From: a virus
DNA: 64,000 bases
Direction: 5' to 3' (one strand)
Virus record (IMG/VR): IMGVR_UViG_3300025137_000023
Location: 19,291 to 83,290 of that record
The notes under the pieces: model-generated
What the model was told of the DNA's origin: nothing
Seen by the model: the letters and a program-made list of their open reading frames with translations, nothing else
The model's database searches: none
In this document: positions 28,408-37,913 of the stretch, in pieces
Layout of the letters: each line of letters begins with the position of its first letter
Position numbering within the stretch: position 1 is the stretch's first letter
Made by a program: the position numbers and the translations under genes

Positions 28408-28647
28408 CTATTTGTCAAGTATATTATTATTCTTCTTTTCTTGCTTTTCTATCTGCATTTGACTAGATTTTGCCCATCTCTTTTCTTGTTCCATATTGGC
28501 TTCTCCTAGCATAACAGTAATTTGTTGTATTGCGCCAGTATTTCCAGTCTTATAAAAGAAGTTGTGTCTTTTGTGTAAGTCGCTAATTCTATCAGTTAAT
28601 TTATCATCACTGAGTTTAGTTATATCTTCTTGTCTAGGATCAAACAT
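28408..28647 (-). CDS. Hypothetical protein
   Basis: 79 aa, coupled to rpiB. Confidence 0.6.
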   Translation of the reverse strand: MFDPRQEDITKLSDDKLTDRISDLHKRHNFFYKTGNTGAIQQITVMLGEANMEQEKRWAKSSQMQIEKQEKKNNNILDK

Positions 28648-29101
28648 TTCTTAATTTTCCTAATCTTTTAGTATGTCTTCCACCTTCAAATTTAGTAGTA
28701 AAAAATGCACGGACAATTTCCCATACATCTTTTTGTTTTACAAAATCTGCTCCTAAACATAATACATTAATATCGTTATGCTTACGAGCCATGTGTGCAT
28801 CTTTAACAGTTCTACAATTTGCCGCTCTAATATGTGGATATCTATTTGCGGCAATAGTTACACCAAACCCTGACCCACAGACTAAGATACCATGTGTTTG
28901 GAATTCTAAATTACTTGCTAATTCTTTTACAATATCTGGATAGTCAACAGACTTATCATTGTACGCACCTACATCTATTAGTACACCAATACCAAATTTT
29001 GTAGGCTCTTCGTCTGTATTGGGTGCAACGTAATTATAAATCCAGTCTTTAAGTTTTAGACCTCTATGGTCACTTCCTATCGATAAACTAATGTCTTGCA
29101 T
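28640..29101 (-). CDS. rpiB: Ribose-5-phosphate isomerase B
   Basis: GSDHRG, DYPD, CGSGFG, HND and FEGGRH motifs. Confidence 0.9.
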   Translation of the reverse strand: MQDISLSIGSDHRGLKLKDWIYNYVAPNTDEEPTKFGIGVLIDVGAYNDKSVDYPDIVKELASNLEFQTHGILVCGSGFGVTIAANRYPHIRAANCRTVKDAHMARKHNDINVLCLGADFVKQKDVWEIVRAFFTTKFEGGRHTKRLGKLRNV

Positions 29102-29118
29102 AATAGTATTTACTCATT

Positions 29119-30357
29119 TTAAAAGTAGTTCTGTATTTCTCCTTCTCGAACAGTATCTAATGTTAAACAATGTAGACCCCCGTCCCAGAAGTTTCTATGC
29201 CTAAAACGGCAGTATATTGGTTCTATTCCATGTTGTTTTAACTTATTGTGTACTTGTTTTTGGTAGTTCATTGATAAAATAGTACTTTCATTTACACTCA
29301 ACATATTAACTTCAAATTGTGTTTCTTCTGCATATCCTACCCACTGATCTAACCACGATTCAATAAATTTAGTATACTCTGGATTATCTTTAGCATCAGG
29401 TGTCCACCATTTTCCTTGTGTAAGATGTTTCTCTTCTTGCCAACTACCATATTCTGACTGCATAGTTTTTGCTTTACCTGTACCAATTTGTAAAACTTCC
29501 CAACCTGGTAATGTTTCTTTAAAATCATCTTTGTCTAAATACGAAGCGGCAATAACAAGACCTGGCTTTGGTAAATTAAACGTTGCATCACTATGACCAC
29601 CATTAGCAGTATTAGTACGTCTAAACTCTGGGTACAATTCTATCATAGCATCATCTAAATTTTCAACATCTTTTGTGTCAATAATTAAAGTGTTGCCTAC
29701 TCTAGTAACAGTTGGTGCCCAGAACCCCCAAGTATAACTCATTGCTCTAATATAGTCAGGGTCACTAGAAAACGTACCTTCTGGAATACTTGGATCAAAC
29801 CATTCTGCTTTATATTTTGTATCGTATTCAACGTAGGACTTTCTAGGTATAAACGGTCCTCTAAATTTTCTTTTCTTTGGATCAATAGTTAATCTTAAAT
29901 CTAAACAATCTGGATTAATAAAGTTTTGTCCACTTGTTGTCATAAACTTATGGAATTCTGGATACTGTTGAGTTAACAATATCTTTTTACCCATTGTTAT
30001 AAGATAATCTCTAGGCATTAAAGCAGGTTTAGGTATTCCTCTAAAACCTTCTTTTTGATCTTCGTAATATTCCATAATACTTGAATACCCAACTCCGTGA
30101 GTACTAGTATCTGATAACGTTGCCGCCTGTGTTAAGTTAGGGTGCAATCTAACAACATCTACACCTAAATCTTCTAGTGTCTTTTGTATGTTGTCTAAGT
30201 CTTCGTGTGTCTCGTATAAAAGTTTTTGTAACAAGTCTCTTAACTTGTGATCTTTTAAGTCTTCAAAAAATTCTGGTTTAAAAACATTTCCTAAAACAAC
30301 TTGCTTTAATGGATCCCAACCATTCCATGCGTTTGCTTTATTAATTCTATAATCCAT
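29119..30357 (-). CDS. Amidinotransferase-family (pentein) enzyme
   Basis: WDPLKQVVLG, PRD, GHSD, VNML and catalytic GGLHC motifs. Confidence 0.8.
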   Translation of the reverse strand: MDYRINKANAWNGWDPLKQVVLGNVFKPEFFEDLKDHKLRDLLQKLLYETHEDLDNIQKTLEDLGVDVVRLHPNLTQAATLSDTSTHGVGYSSIMEYYEDQKEGFRGIPKPALMPRDYLITMGKKILLTQQYPEFHKFMTTSGQNFINPDCLDLRLTIDPKKRKFRGPFIPRKSYVEYDTKYKAEWFDPSIPEGTFSSDPDYIRAMSYTWGFWAPTVTRVGNTLIIDTKDVENLDDAMIELYPEFRRTNTANGGHSDATFNLPKPGLVIAASYLDKDDFKETLPGWEVLQIGTGKAKTMQSEYGSWQEEKHLTQGKWWTPDAKDNPEYTKFIESWLDQWVGYAEETQFEVNMLSVNESTILSMNYQKQVHNKLKQHGIEPIYCRFRHRNFWDGGLHCLTLDTVREGEIQNYF

Positions 30358-30518
30358 TAGTCTTCTTTTAATCTAAATTTAATATTGCAATATCCACATA
30401 TTGCTTCTCCACCATCTGGTATATTATAATATACTTTAGGATGATCATCATCTTCTCCAGTACATGACACCTGCTTACTGCTTACATATATTATTGTTTC
30501 TTCTATTTTGTCTTCCAC
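30357..30518 (-). CDS. zf-CHCC zinc-finger protein
   Basis: Hand-translated from a GTG start: ...VSCTGEDDDHPKVYYNIPDGGEAICGYC... Confidence 0.75.
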   Translation of the reverse strand: MEDKIEETIIYVSSKQVSCTGEDDDHPKVYYNIPDGGEAICGYCNIKFRLKED

Positions 30519-30952
30519 TACAGTGGGCCTAGCCTTTCAAATCCTTGTATATTCTCTTTATATTTGTGTGCTGGTCCTAAATACATATATTTGTAACCTT
30601 TTGCTTTATATATTGCACATTCATGACGTAAACTTTTTATTCCTAAATGTAATTTAGGATTTTTGTAGTCCCAAGCAAATTGATATGCTTCAACATTTTT
30701 ATCATCATAATTTTGTATAATACTAAATGCAACTAATTCGTCTTTGTCATAATATCCCATAATATCATTCTGCTCAAATTCGGCAGGAAATATTGGCATG
30801 AAACTTTTAAACTTTTTATACCTGCAATAGTCTTCATAGATACTTAACAATCTTTCGATTGGAGGATCTTGCAGTATCTTTGCATTTTTAATTTGTTTGT
30901 AGTTAGTCTTTTGTAAATTTATTCGACAGTGGATAAGTTCAAATTCTTCCAT
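30518..30952 (-). CDS. Aminoacyl-tRNA-protein transferase C-domain-like (ATE/Bpt, GNAT fold)
   Basis: IY..Y, LVAF, LG..SL..E, GYKYMYLG and YK...FE pattern. Confidence 0.6.
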   Translation of the reverse strand: MEEFELIHCRINLQKTNYKQIKNAKILQDPPIERLLSIYEDYCRYKKFKSFMPIFPAEFEQNDIMGYYDKDELVAFSIIQNYDDKNVEAYQFAWDYKNPKLHLGIKSLRHECAIYKAKGYKYMYLGPAHKYKENIQGFERLGPL

Positions 30953-30981
30953 TCAAATACTCCTAATTAGTAGAGTAGTAT

Positions 30982-31461
30982 TTATTTGAATCTCCATGTC
31001 ACTACATCATCATAGTGATCCTTATCCCATTCTTTGTAATAACCTTTTTTCTTTAAAATTTTACTTGCTTGATTAAGTTTAGAAAGCCTTTGCACTAATA
31101 TTAGAATACACTTTCCAAAGTTTAAACTGACGGTTTTCCATTCCTCTGCGTCATCTGGGTGATCTTCTAATGCTACTATATCTTTATCCATAGCATTATT
31201 ATTAAAAGCATCAACCAGTTCTACTAATTGCACTGGTGTAAATTCTTTTGTATCTGCATATAAGCAAACAACTTCAAATTTATCATTCCAATTATCAACC
31301 AAATGTACTAGTGTTGACAGTGTATTACTTTTATCTACTTCTCTGTATTCAATTTTATTAGATACTAAGGCTTGTTTGGCAAATGGACATGGAATTTGGT
31401 CTATAGTGGTATTATGCACCGACACAAATTCTTCTATCCATTTTTTAATTTCATCAATCAA
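30982..31461 (-). CDS. DUF1415-like protein
   Basis: W...FV...CPFA, DHP and L.Q motifs. Confidence 0.5.
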   Translation of the reverse strand: MIDEIKKWIEEFVSVHNTTIDQIPCPFAKQALVSNKIEYREVDKSNTLSTLVHLVDNWNDKFEVVCLYADTKEFTPVQLVELVDAFNNNAMDKDIVALEDHPDDAEEWKTVSLNFGKCILILVQRLSKLNQASKILKKKGYYKEWDKDHYDDVVTWRFK

Positions 31462-31868
31462 AGATCGCCTTCTTTACGATTCTCTGAATAATGTACATCA
31501 AATTCTCCGCCTGGATAACGTGACTTTAATTTATGCACGTTTTCTTCTATAACTGCATTAGGATCCAAATCCAAAGCACGGCAAGAATTAATCCAATACC
31601 ACATAATATCGCCCAACTCTCGTTTGGCATGAAATATAGTTTCATCGTCCAATGGTTTACCTTGGAAGATACATTTTTTAACAATTTCAGCAAATTCACC
31701 TCCTTCACTTGCTATACCTATTGAACCGGTTAACAATAATGCCATATTAACACCACTGTCTTTTTCAAGTTTTTCTAACTGTGCAGTTAGTCCACCAGTT
31801 TCGTTACTTTGTAGAGAAGTTACCTTCTCTACGAATTCTTTATACTTGTTTAAATCAACTTGGTTCAT
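31458..31868 (-). CDS. mazG: MazG-like nucleotide pyrophosphohydrolase
   Basis: EGGEFAE, ELGDIMWY and KLKSRYP motifs. Confidence 0.88.
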   Translation of the reverse strand: MNQVDLNKYKEFVEKVTSLQSNETGGLTAQLEKLEKDSGVNMALLLTGSIGIASEGGEFAEIVKKCIFQGKPLDDETIFHAKRELGDIMWYWINSCRALDLDPNAVIEENVHKLKSRYPGGEFDVHYSENRKEGDL

Positions 31869-31957
31869 ATTAAGATACCTGTATTGCTACATAGATTAAA
31901 ACTCCAAGTATGCTGAAATTAATAATCATATTGATATAGTTTGGGTTTGGTGTCATA

Positions 31958-32914
31958 TTATTTTACTCCATTATTAAATAAACTGCTTACAGATTCTTCG
32001 TTTGTAATTCTACGAATTGCTTCGCCAAATAATTGTCCTGTTGAAAGTTGAAATGTCTTTTTGCAATCATCTGGACAACGCCATTTAATCGAATCTGTAA
32101 TTACTAACTCTTCTAAAACACTTCCTTCAACTTTTTTACAAGCGTCATTTGTAAGAACACCATGTGTAATATATGCTCTAACAGATAATGCTCCTTGATC
32201 CATAATTGTTTTGGCGGCATTTACAAGTGTGCCTCCACTATCAATAATGTCATCAACTATAATTGCGTGTTTATCTTTAACGTCACCTATAAGTCCCATT
32301 ACTTCACTTACACCTGCTTTAGGTCTACGTTTATCTACAATAGCAATATCGCCATTGAACATATCTGCAAACTTACGAGCTCGTGCAGTACCTCCTGCAT
32401 CAGGACTAACAAATACTGTTTCTGATTGTGTTGTATCTGATAAGTTTAATTTTCGTTTAATATCTTTTGCAAATACAATTCGACTTGTTAAGTCATCAAC
32501 TGGTATATCAAAAAATCCTTGTATTTGTCCTGCGTGTAGATCCATAGTTAAAACTCTATCGGCTCCAGCAGTAGTAATTAAATTTGCAACCAACTTTGCA
32601 GTAATAGGTGTACGACTTGCACTCTTCCTATCTTGCCTAGCATAACCAAAGTATGGCATAACTGCCGTAATACGTTTTGCACTACTACGTTTGGCGGCAT
32701 CAATCATAACCATTAATTCCATAAGGCTATCATTAACTGGTGTACTTGTTGATTGTATAATAAAGACGTCTTCGCCCCTGACATTTTCTAAAAACTCTAC
32801 ACTGCTTTCGCCATCTGCAAAGGTTGAAATATTAGAAGGGACTATGTTTGTGAAACAATGTTCAGAAACATCATTAGCAAGTTGGGGATTGCTATTTCCT
32901 GCGATAATCTTCAT
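31958..32914 (-). CDS. prs: Ribose-phosphate pyrophosphokinase
   Basis: FADGE, PYFGYARQDRK, DLHAGQIQGFF and VDDIIDSGGTL motifs. Confidence 0.95.
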   Translation of the reverse strand: MKIIAGNSNPQLANDVSEHCFTNIVPSNISTFADGESSVEFLENVRGEDVFIIQSTSTPVNDSLMELMVMIDAAKRSSAKRITAVMPYFGYARQDRKSASRTPITAKLVANLITTAGADRVLTMDLHAGQIQGFFDIPVDDLTSRIVFAKDIKRKLNLSDTTQSETVFVSPDAGGTARARKFADMFNGDIAIVDKRRPKAGVSEVMGLIGDVKDKHAIIVDDIIDSGGTLVNAAKTIMDQGALSVRAYITHGVLTNDACKKVEGSVLEELVITDSIKWRCPDDCKKTFQLSTGQLFGEAIRRITNEESVSSLFNNGVK

Positions 32915-32988
32915 AGAAACTCCGTGAATTAATTATAAGTTATTATAATATATTCAAGTGTCTAAAGTCAAGTAAAAAGTAAGATTTA

Positions 32989-33732
32989 TTACCAAGTAAG
33001 TGTTGTTCTTGTCCAGATTGCAGTACTGCCATCATAGTTTGCTACACAAACATATAGATATTCTGTTGAGCCATCTTTACCACGGCATACCATGCCTTTT
33101 GTGTCGCCTGCGGCACCAGTATTTGTAGTAATTACACGTTCTGGAATACCTTTTGCAACCTGTGGTCCTGATAAAACTGTTACAGTTATTGTAGTACCGT
33201 TGTCGTCTGTAGAGAATCTAAACAGATGTTTACCTGTAGAAGCAAAAGTAATCACGTTACTTGCAATTCCTTGGATACTTGAAGTACCTAATGAAACTGC
33301 TGAAGGTAATGTTAAAGTGTGTGTAACATTTGTAACATCAATTTCAACGTGTAGTTCTGCATACTTGCCTGTTGCGGGCCAGTTGCTAAAACCTAATGTA
33401 ACGGAACCACTAGTTGATAGTGTAGAAAGTTCGCCACTTTGGAAGTTTAATGTTACAGTACCTGTTACAGTTCCTGCTGAATTTTTAGTTTTAACTACTC
33501 TGTTTAATTCAACGTTATATATAGTATTTCCACCTAAATCGTTATCAAGTGATCCACCTGTTAACGCAGATTTGAAAATACCTTTAGTTTGTAGGTCTTC
33601 AATTTCAGTTTTCGCATAACCTAGGTTAGTCTTTACGTTAGTAAAGTTATCTCTAAATCCTTGTGAACTGTTATCCTGTCCTGCAACTGGAAACGTACCG
33701 TCTATATTTGTTGTATTAATTGAACTAGCCAT
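32989..33732 (-). CDS. Virion structural / fibre protein
   Basis: FPVAGQDNSSQGFRDNF N-terminus; Thr/Gly-rich; late promoter. Confidence 0.7.
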   Translation of the reverse strand: MASSINTTNIDGTFPVAGQDNSSQGFRDNFTNVKTNLGYAKTEIEDLQTKGIFKSALTGGSLDNDLGGNTIYNVELNRVVKTKNSAGTVTGTVTLNFQSGELSTLSTSGSVTLGFSNWPATGKYAELHVEIDVTNVTHTLTLPSAVSLGTSSIQGIASNVITFASTGKHLFRFSTDDNGTTITVTVLSGPQVAKGIPERVITTNTGAAGDTKGMVCRGKDGSTEYLYVCVANYDGSTAIWTRTTLTW

Positions 33733-33782
33733 ATTTCTTAAACTCCGTATTACTTTTGTAATATATATTTATTTATCATTTA

Positions 33783-36149
33783 TTATGGTAAGTTTATTAT
33801 CGTGTCCCTAGGGAATTTGACATAAACATTGCCATCTGTTATTTCTTTACGTTTTGTATCGATATTTGGGAAAAATCTTGTATTTTTGCCATCTAGGCTA
33901 GTTTTAGTTGAATCGAATGTTGTTTCATCTCCTACTAACCATGCCTTTGGACTACTTGTTTTGTCATAATTATTACTGAAATATGCATCTAGTACATACC
34001 TGTCCACAGTAAAATTAATTTTATTTAAGTTAATGGCAGTATTAATATTTAAATAATAAAGTATACGTTCTCCACTACCTGGTTTTAAATATGCTACTAC
34101 GCAGGCTGGTGTGTATCCTAATACTGTTCCATCATCTTGTACACTAGTCATCCATCTTGGTAAAGTTCTACTATCTTGGATTCCTAGTTTGTCCTCAACA
34201 CGTTTTTTCATACGTTGTAAACTTGCTGGGTATAATCTTTTATTATTGTTTGCACTTGCTCTTAAATTAGCATTGTCTATATGACCGGCTCCTTCTGCCG
34301 TAATAGGATTATTAATTGAAGAGTATGTAACTTCTAAATTTGCAGTTGTACCAACTGGTGGATCAAACACATCAGTTATTTCAGCATAAACAACATCATA
34401 TATATGATTGTTGTCGTTGTCTGTTGCTTTTGCATATTTAAAATTACCAAATCTTAAATTTATAGTATGATGATTTCTATATACTGATTCAAAGTATTTT
34501 GAAAGTGTGTTTGCTGGTAGTCCTGGTAAGAAAAGCATTCTTGCTTTTTCTTGTCTACCAAAGTAAATATCGGTTGGTCTATATAATGCTTCATCTGGAA
34601 TATCTTGTCTATTGAAAACAACATTATCCCAAACTTTTCTATCTGCTGAAGTTGGTAATAAGTCAATATATAAATCTTCGTAAGGTGCACTATACTCGTT
34701 GTTAACTATAATATTAAATGCTCTGTCATTAAACAAAGTACCAGTGTTATCTCTGGCTCTAATAGTAAACTTGTATGTTCCGTCAACTGTAGTTGTTGCT
34801 GAACTTGATACTACATCTAATTTTGTTGTTCCTGAATCTAATTGGAATGTTTTAAAACTAGCTCTGCCTTCAATTTCTCCTCTAGAGTTTAAAGCCAAAC
34901 CTTGTGGTAACTTACTATTAGGTCTCATTTCGTAAATTAAATTTGTACCGTTTTTAGCAGTTGCCGAAACACCTAATGTACTAACTGATCCTGCTTGTAA
35001 TACACCTAAATCTGAAAGTGTATTCCATGTAATATCTAAATCTTTATTAGATTGTATTGTTAAGTTAAATTCGTGCGAATCAAAAAAGTTACTTGGATCA
35101 CTTGTTCTTGCCGCTCTAACAATAAAAGTATAATCCTTAACTACTTGATTTAAGAAAGGAAGTTTTCCATGTATCCAGCCTGTAGTAGGATCAATAGTTA
35201 ATCCACTTGGTAATACACCTGCTCTTGCATCAAATAATTCTGCATCATAACCTGCATTATCATAACTAGCATTACCTGTATATATACTGTAAGTAATACC
35301 AGCACCACTATAATCAATAGCATCTACTTTAAAACTAAACATATTATCATGTAAAAATGTTCCAATGTTTGCTTTGCTATGTCTAATAATCGGACCATAT
35401 TCACTGCTTGTATCTGCTTGAATTAATAAATCGTTTTTATCAGCACTAATTGTATCACTATCTGCTTTTAAATCAAATGCACCATATACATATATACTAA
35501 ATTCTTTAACAATAAATGCTTTTCCGTCAGTTGCTCTTGCAACAAAACGATACATTTTACTATAACTACCTACACCTGTACCAAAGTCAAAAAGTACAGT
35601 ATCATATGCTGAAGTATCAAAACTTCCTGCCGCACTAGAACCTTCAACTAGTTTTGGTTGTATAAATCCTCTTACATAACCATCAGATGTTAGTGTTGCT
35701 CCTGTTGGTAATTCGCCACTTAAAAATTCATATGATAATGTATCATCACTATCAGGATCATTTACTAATAATTGTTTATCTAGATATTGGAAGTCGATAT
35801 AACTTCCTAAAAATTGTGTTGTTTCCCATACAGGAATATCTTGCCCTGTTACTGTTAATTGAAATGTTCTATCATTAACAATACCTGTAGAATCTGTTGC
35901 TCTTACTGTGAATTTACTTGTTACGTCTTGGCTTACTTCCATAGGAACGCCTTGCACCACTTTTCTAGGGTGTCCAAAAAGTGTTCCATTAGTTGCTAGT
36001 TCAATACCATCAGGCAGTTTACCAGATACTGTTGAATATGCAATCGACCCACTTGCTGGATCTCTGGCATCAAGAGCAAAATGATAAAATTGACCTTCTT
36101 GTATTACGCCTAGGTTAGTTGCAGTAGTGTACCAAACAGGTGCCGCCAT
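33783..36149 (-). CDS. Baseplate/virion protein with Ig-like repeats
   Basis: Repeated G.LP.G..L...G...G and FT.RA.D motifs. Confidence 0.7.
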   Translation of the reverse strand: MAAPVWYTTATNLGVIQEGQFYHFALDARDPASGSIAYSTVSGKLPDGIELATNGTLFGHPRKVVQGVPMEVSQDVTSKFTVRATDSTGIVNDRTFQLTVTGQDIPVWETTQFLGSYIDFQYLDKQLLVNDPDSDDTLSYEFLSGELPTGATLTSDGYVRGFIQPKLVEGSSAAGSFDTSAYDTVLFDFGTGVGSYSKMYRFVARATDGKAFIVKEFSIYVYGAFDLKADSDTISADKNDLLIQADTSSEYGPIIRHSKANIGTFLHDNMFSFKVDAIDYSGAGITYSIYTGNASYDNAGYDAELFDARAGVLPSGLTIDPTTGWIHGKLPFLNQVVKDYTFIVRAARTSDPSNFFDSHEFNLTIQSNKDLDITWNTLSDLGVLQAGSVSTLGVSATAKNGTNLIYEMRPNSKLPQGLALNSRGEIEGRASFKTFQLDSGTTKLDVVSSSATTTVDGTYKFTIRARDNTGTLFNDRAFNIIVNNEYSAPYEDLYIDLLPTSADRKVWDNVVFNRQDIPDEALYRPTDIYFGRQEKARMLFLPGLPANTLSKYFESVYRNHHTINLRFGNFKYAKATDNDNNHIYDVVYAEITDVFDPPVGTTANLEVTYSSINNPITAEGAGHIDNANLRASANNNKRLYPASLQRMKKRVEDKLGIQDSRTLPRWMTSVQDDGTVLGYTPACVVAYLKPGSGERILYYLNINTAINLNKINFTVDRYVLDAYFSNNYDKTSSPKAWLVGDETTFDSTKTSLDGKNTRFFPNIDTKRKEITDGNVYVKFPRDTIINLP

Positions 36150-36183
36150 GATTTATCCTTAAATTACACTAGTATTTAGCAGA

Positions 36184-37899
36184 TTACAGTGCCGCTATTC
36201 TCGACTGGAAGTCAGCAAAGTCTGAACTCGCCGCCACAGTTGATTTTAATGTCGCTAAAGTAATCGTCTCAACGTTTGTAAGTCCACTTCCATCTCCAAC
36301 AAAATTAGTTACTGATAGTGTTTCAGTACTAGCATTATATGTGTATGCACTTCCATCTGTTTTAACTGTTAAGGCGCCTATTTGTCCTGTTCCAAACATT
36401 GGAAAACAAGTTGTGTCTGAACTTTCATCACCTACATTAACGCCGTCAGCATAGTCACCTGCATTGGCTAACTTTATCCAGTTACCACCATGTGCAAAAT
36501 AACCTGCTCCAGTGCCATGTACGTGAGCAAACATACCGTGATATGTAGTTGCATTTGGTAAATCCGCTTCTGCAGAATACATATTTGAATATAAAATTTT
36601 ACCTGTAGTAGTAATATTAAATGCTTGAGCATCTAAGTTACCACCAAGTTGTGGTGTTGTATCTGATACAACACTTGCAATACCGCCATCGGTTATTCCA
36701 TAACCTGCTATTGTAGTTGGCTTACCTGTTAAACTTGCGAATGATTGTGCCGGAACACTTGTTAAGTAAGTTCCTAAATCACTAATTTGTGATTCTGTAA
36801 TACTTAATGACGCTTGGTGTTGTGTTACTGCACTTGCTGGAACATTTGCATCTGGAATGTTTGCCCATGTTACTGCCGCAGTTAAATCGTTTACTTCTGA
36901 ACCACCGCCAACTGTGCCTGGTTCCCATTCTAAATTACTATTGTTCCAAACTAGTGCTTGTCCATTAGTTGGAGGTGTTGTTGAAGTATCAACATCACTT
37001 AAATTATTAATGCCTGTTGGAATGTCAGATATAAATGCTACTGTACCACTTGCATTTTTAAATGAGATTGTATTATCCTGTGTAGGATTTACTACAGTTA
37101 CAATAGTTTCGTGTGCATCAGCAGTACTTCCTTCAAATGTAATTTGGTTGTTAACTAAAACATCATTTGTTTCTAAAGTAGTTGTTGTACCTTGTACAAC
37201 TAAATCGCCCGTTACAGTTAAGTTTTGAACGTTACTAGGGCCAGTTGCAGTTAAGTTAACAGTCGTTATGTTAGTATTGTTTACGTCACTAGCAATAGTA
37301 CTGTTTACTGTTCCAGTAAATGTACCTGTAATAGTTCCACTAGCGTCAATGTTTGTTGTGTTTAATGTTCCCCAACGATTACTTACTGCACCTAAATTTT
37401 GTGTAGTACTAACTGGAAGAAAATCCGTTGCCGCTTTGGCATTGTAAGTAACTGTATCTGTATTAGCATTACCTAGTACAGTATTACCTGATATACTTAC
37501 AGTTGCTAGTGTTGTTGAGCCTGAAACTTTTGCATCACCTGTTACATCAAGTGCTACTGTAGGAGCATTATTTTTAATACCAACAAACCCGCTACTTCCT
37601 TTAACATATAAAACATCACTTGCTAAATCTGTGTTAACAGTAAAATTAAAATTACCGTTATCTGGATTTATGATGGTATCACCGGCTACTTTAAAAGCGC
37701 CTGTATCTGCAGGATCTATGATAACATCAGTTGTACCAACAATACTGTTGGCAGTAATATTTAAATTACTGTTAACTGCGCCATATGTCCATATGTCGTC
37801 AAAGTTTAAGTTTATTTTTTCAAATGCCGAACGAAGTAAGTCGCCTGTACCGTCGTCTGCGTTTGTTCCTATATTAATTACTCTTTTAGTTCCAGCCAT
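36184..37899 (-). CDS. Tail fibre / baseplate protein
   Basis: INIGTNADDGTGDLLRSAFEKIN (T4 gp9/gp10-like N-terminus); KPTTIAGYGITD fibre motif. Confidence 0.75.
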   Translation of the reverse strand: MAGTKRVINIGTNADDGTGDLLRSAFEKINLNFDDIWTYGAVNSNLNITANSIVGTTDVIIDPADTGAFKVAGDTIINPDNGNFNFTVNTDLASDVLYVKGSSGFVGIKNNAPTVALDVTGDAKVSGSTTLATVSISGNTVLGNANTDTVTYNAKAATDFLPVSTTQNLGAVSNRWGTLNTTNIDASGTITGTFTGTVNSTIASDVNNTNITTVNLTATGPSNVQNLTVTGDLVVQGTTTTLETNDVLVNNQITFEGSTADAHETIVTVVNPTQDNTISFKNASGTVAFISDIPTGINNLSDVDTSTTPPTNGQALVWNNSNLEWEPGTVGGGSEVNDLTAAVTWANIPDANVPASAVTQHQASLSITESQISDLGTYLTSVPAQSFASLTGKPTTIAGYGITDGGIASVVSDTTPQLGGNLDAQAFNITTTGKILYSNMYSAEADLPNATTYHGMFAHVHGTGAGYFAHGGNWIKLANAGDYADGVNVGDESSDTTCFPMFGTGQIGALTVKTDGSAYTYNASTETLSVTNFVGDGSGLTNVETITLATLKSTVAASSDFADFQSRIAAL

Positions 37900-37913
37900 A
37901 ACCTATTCTCCTA

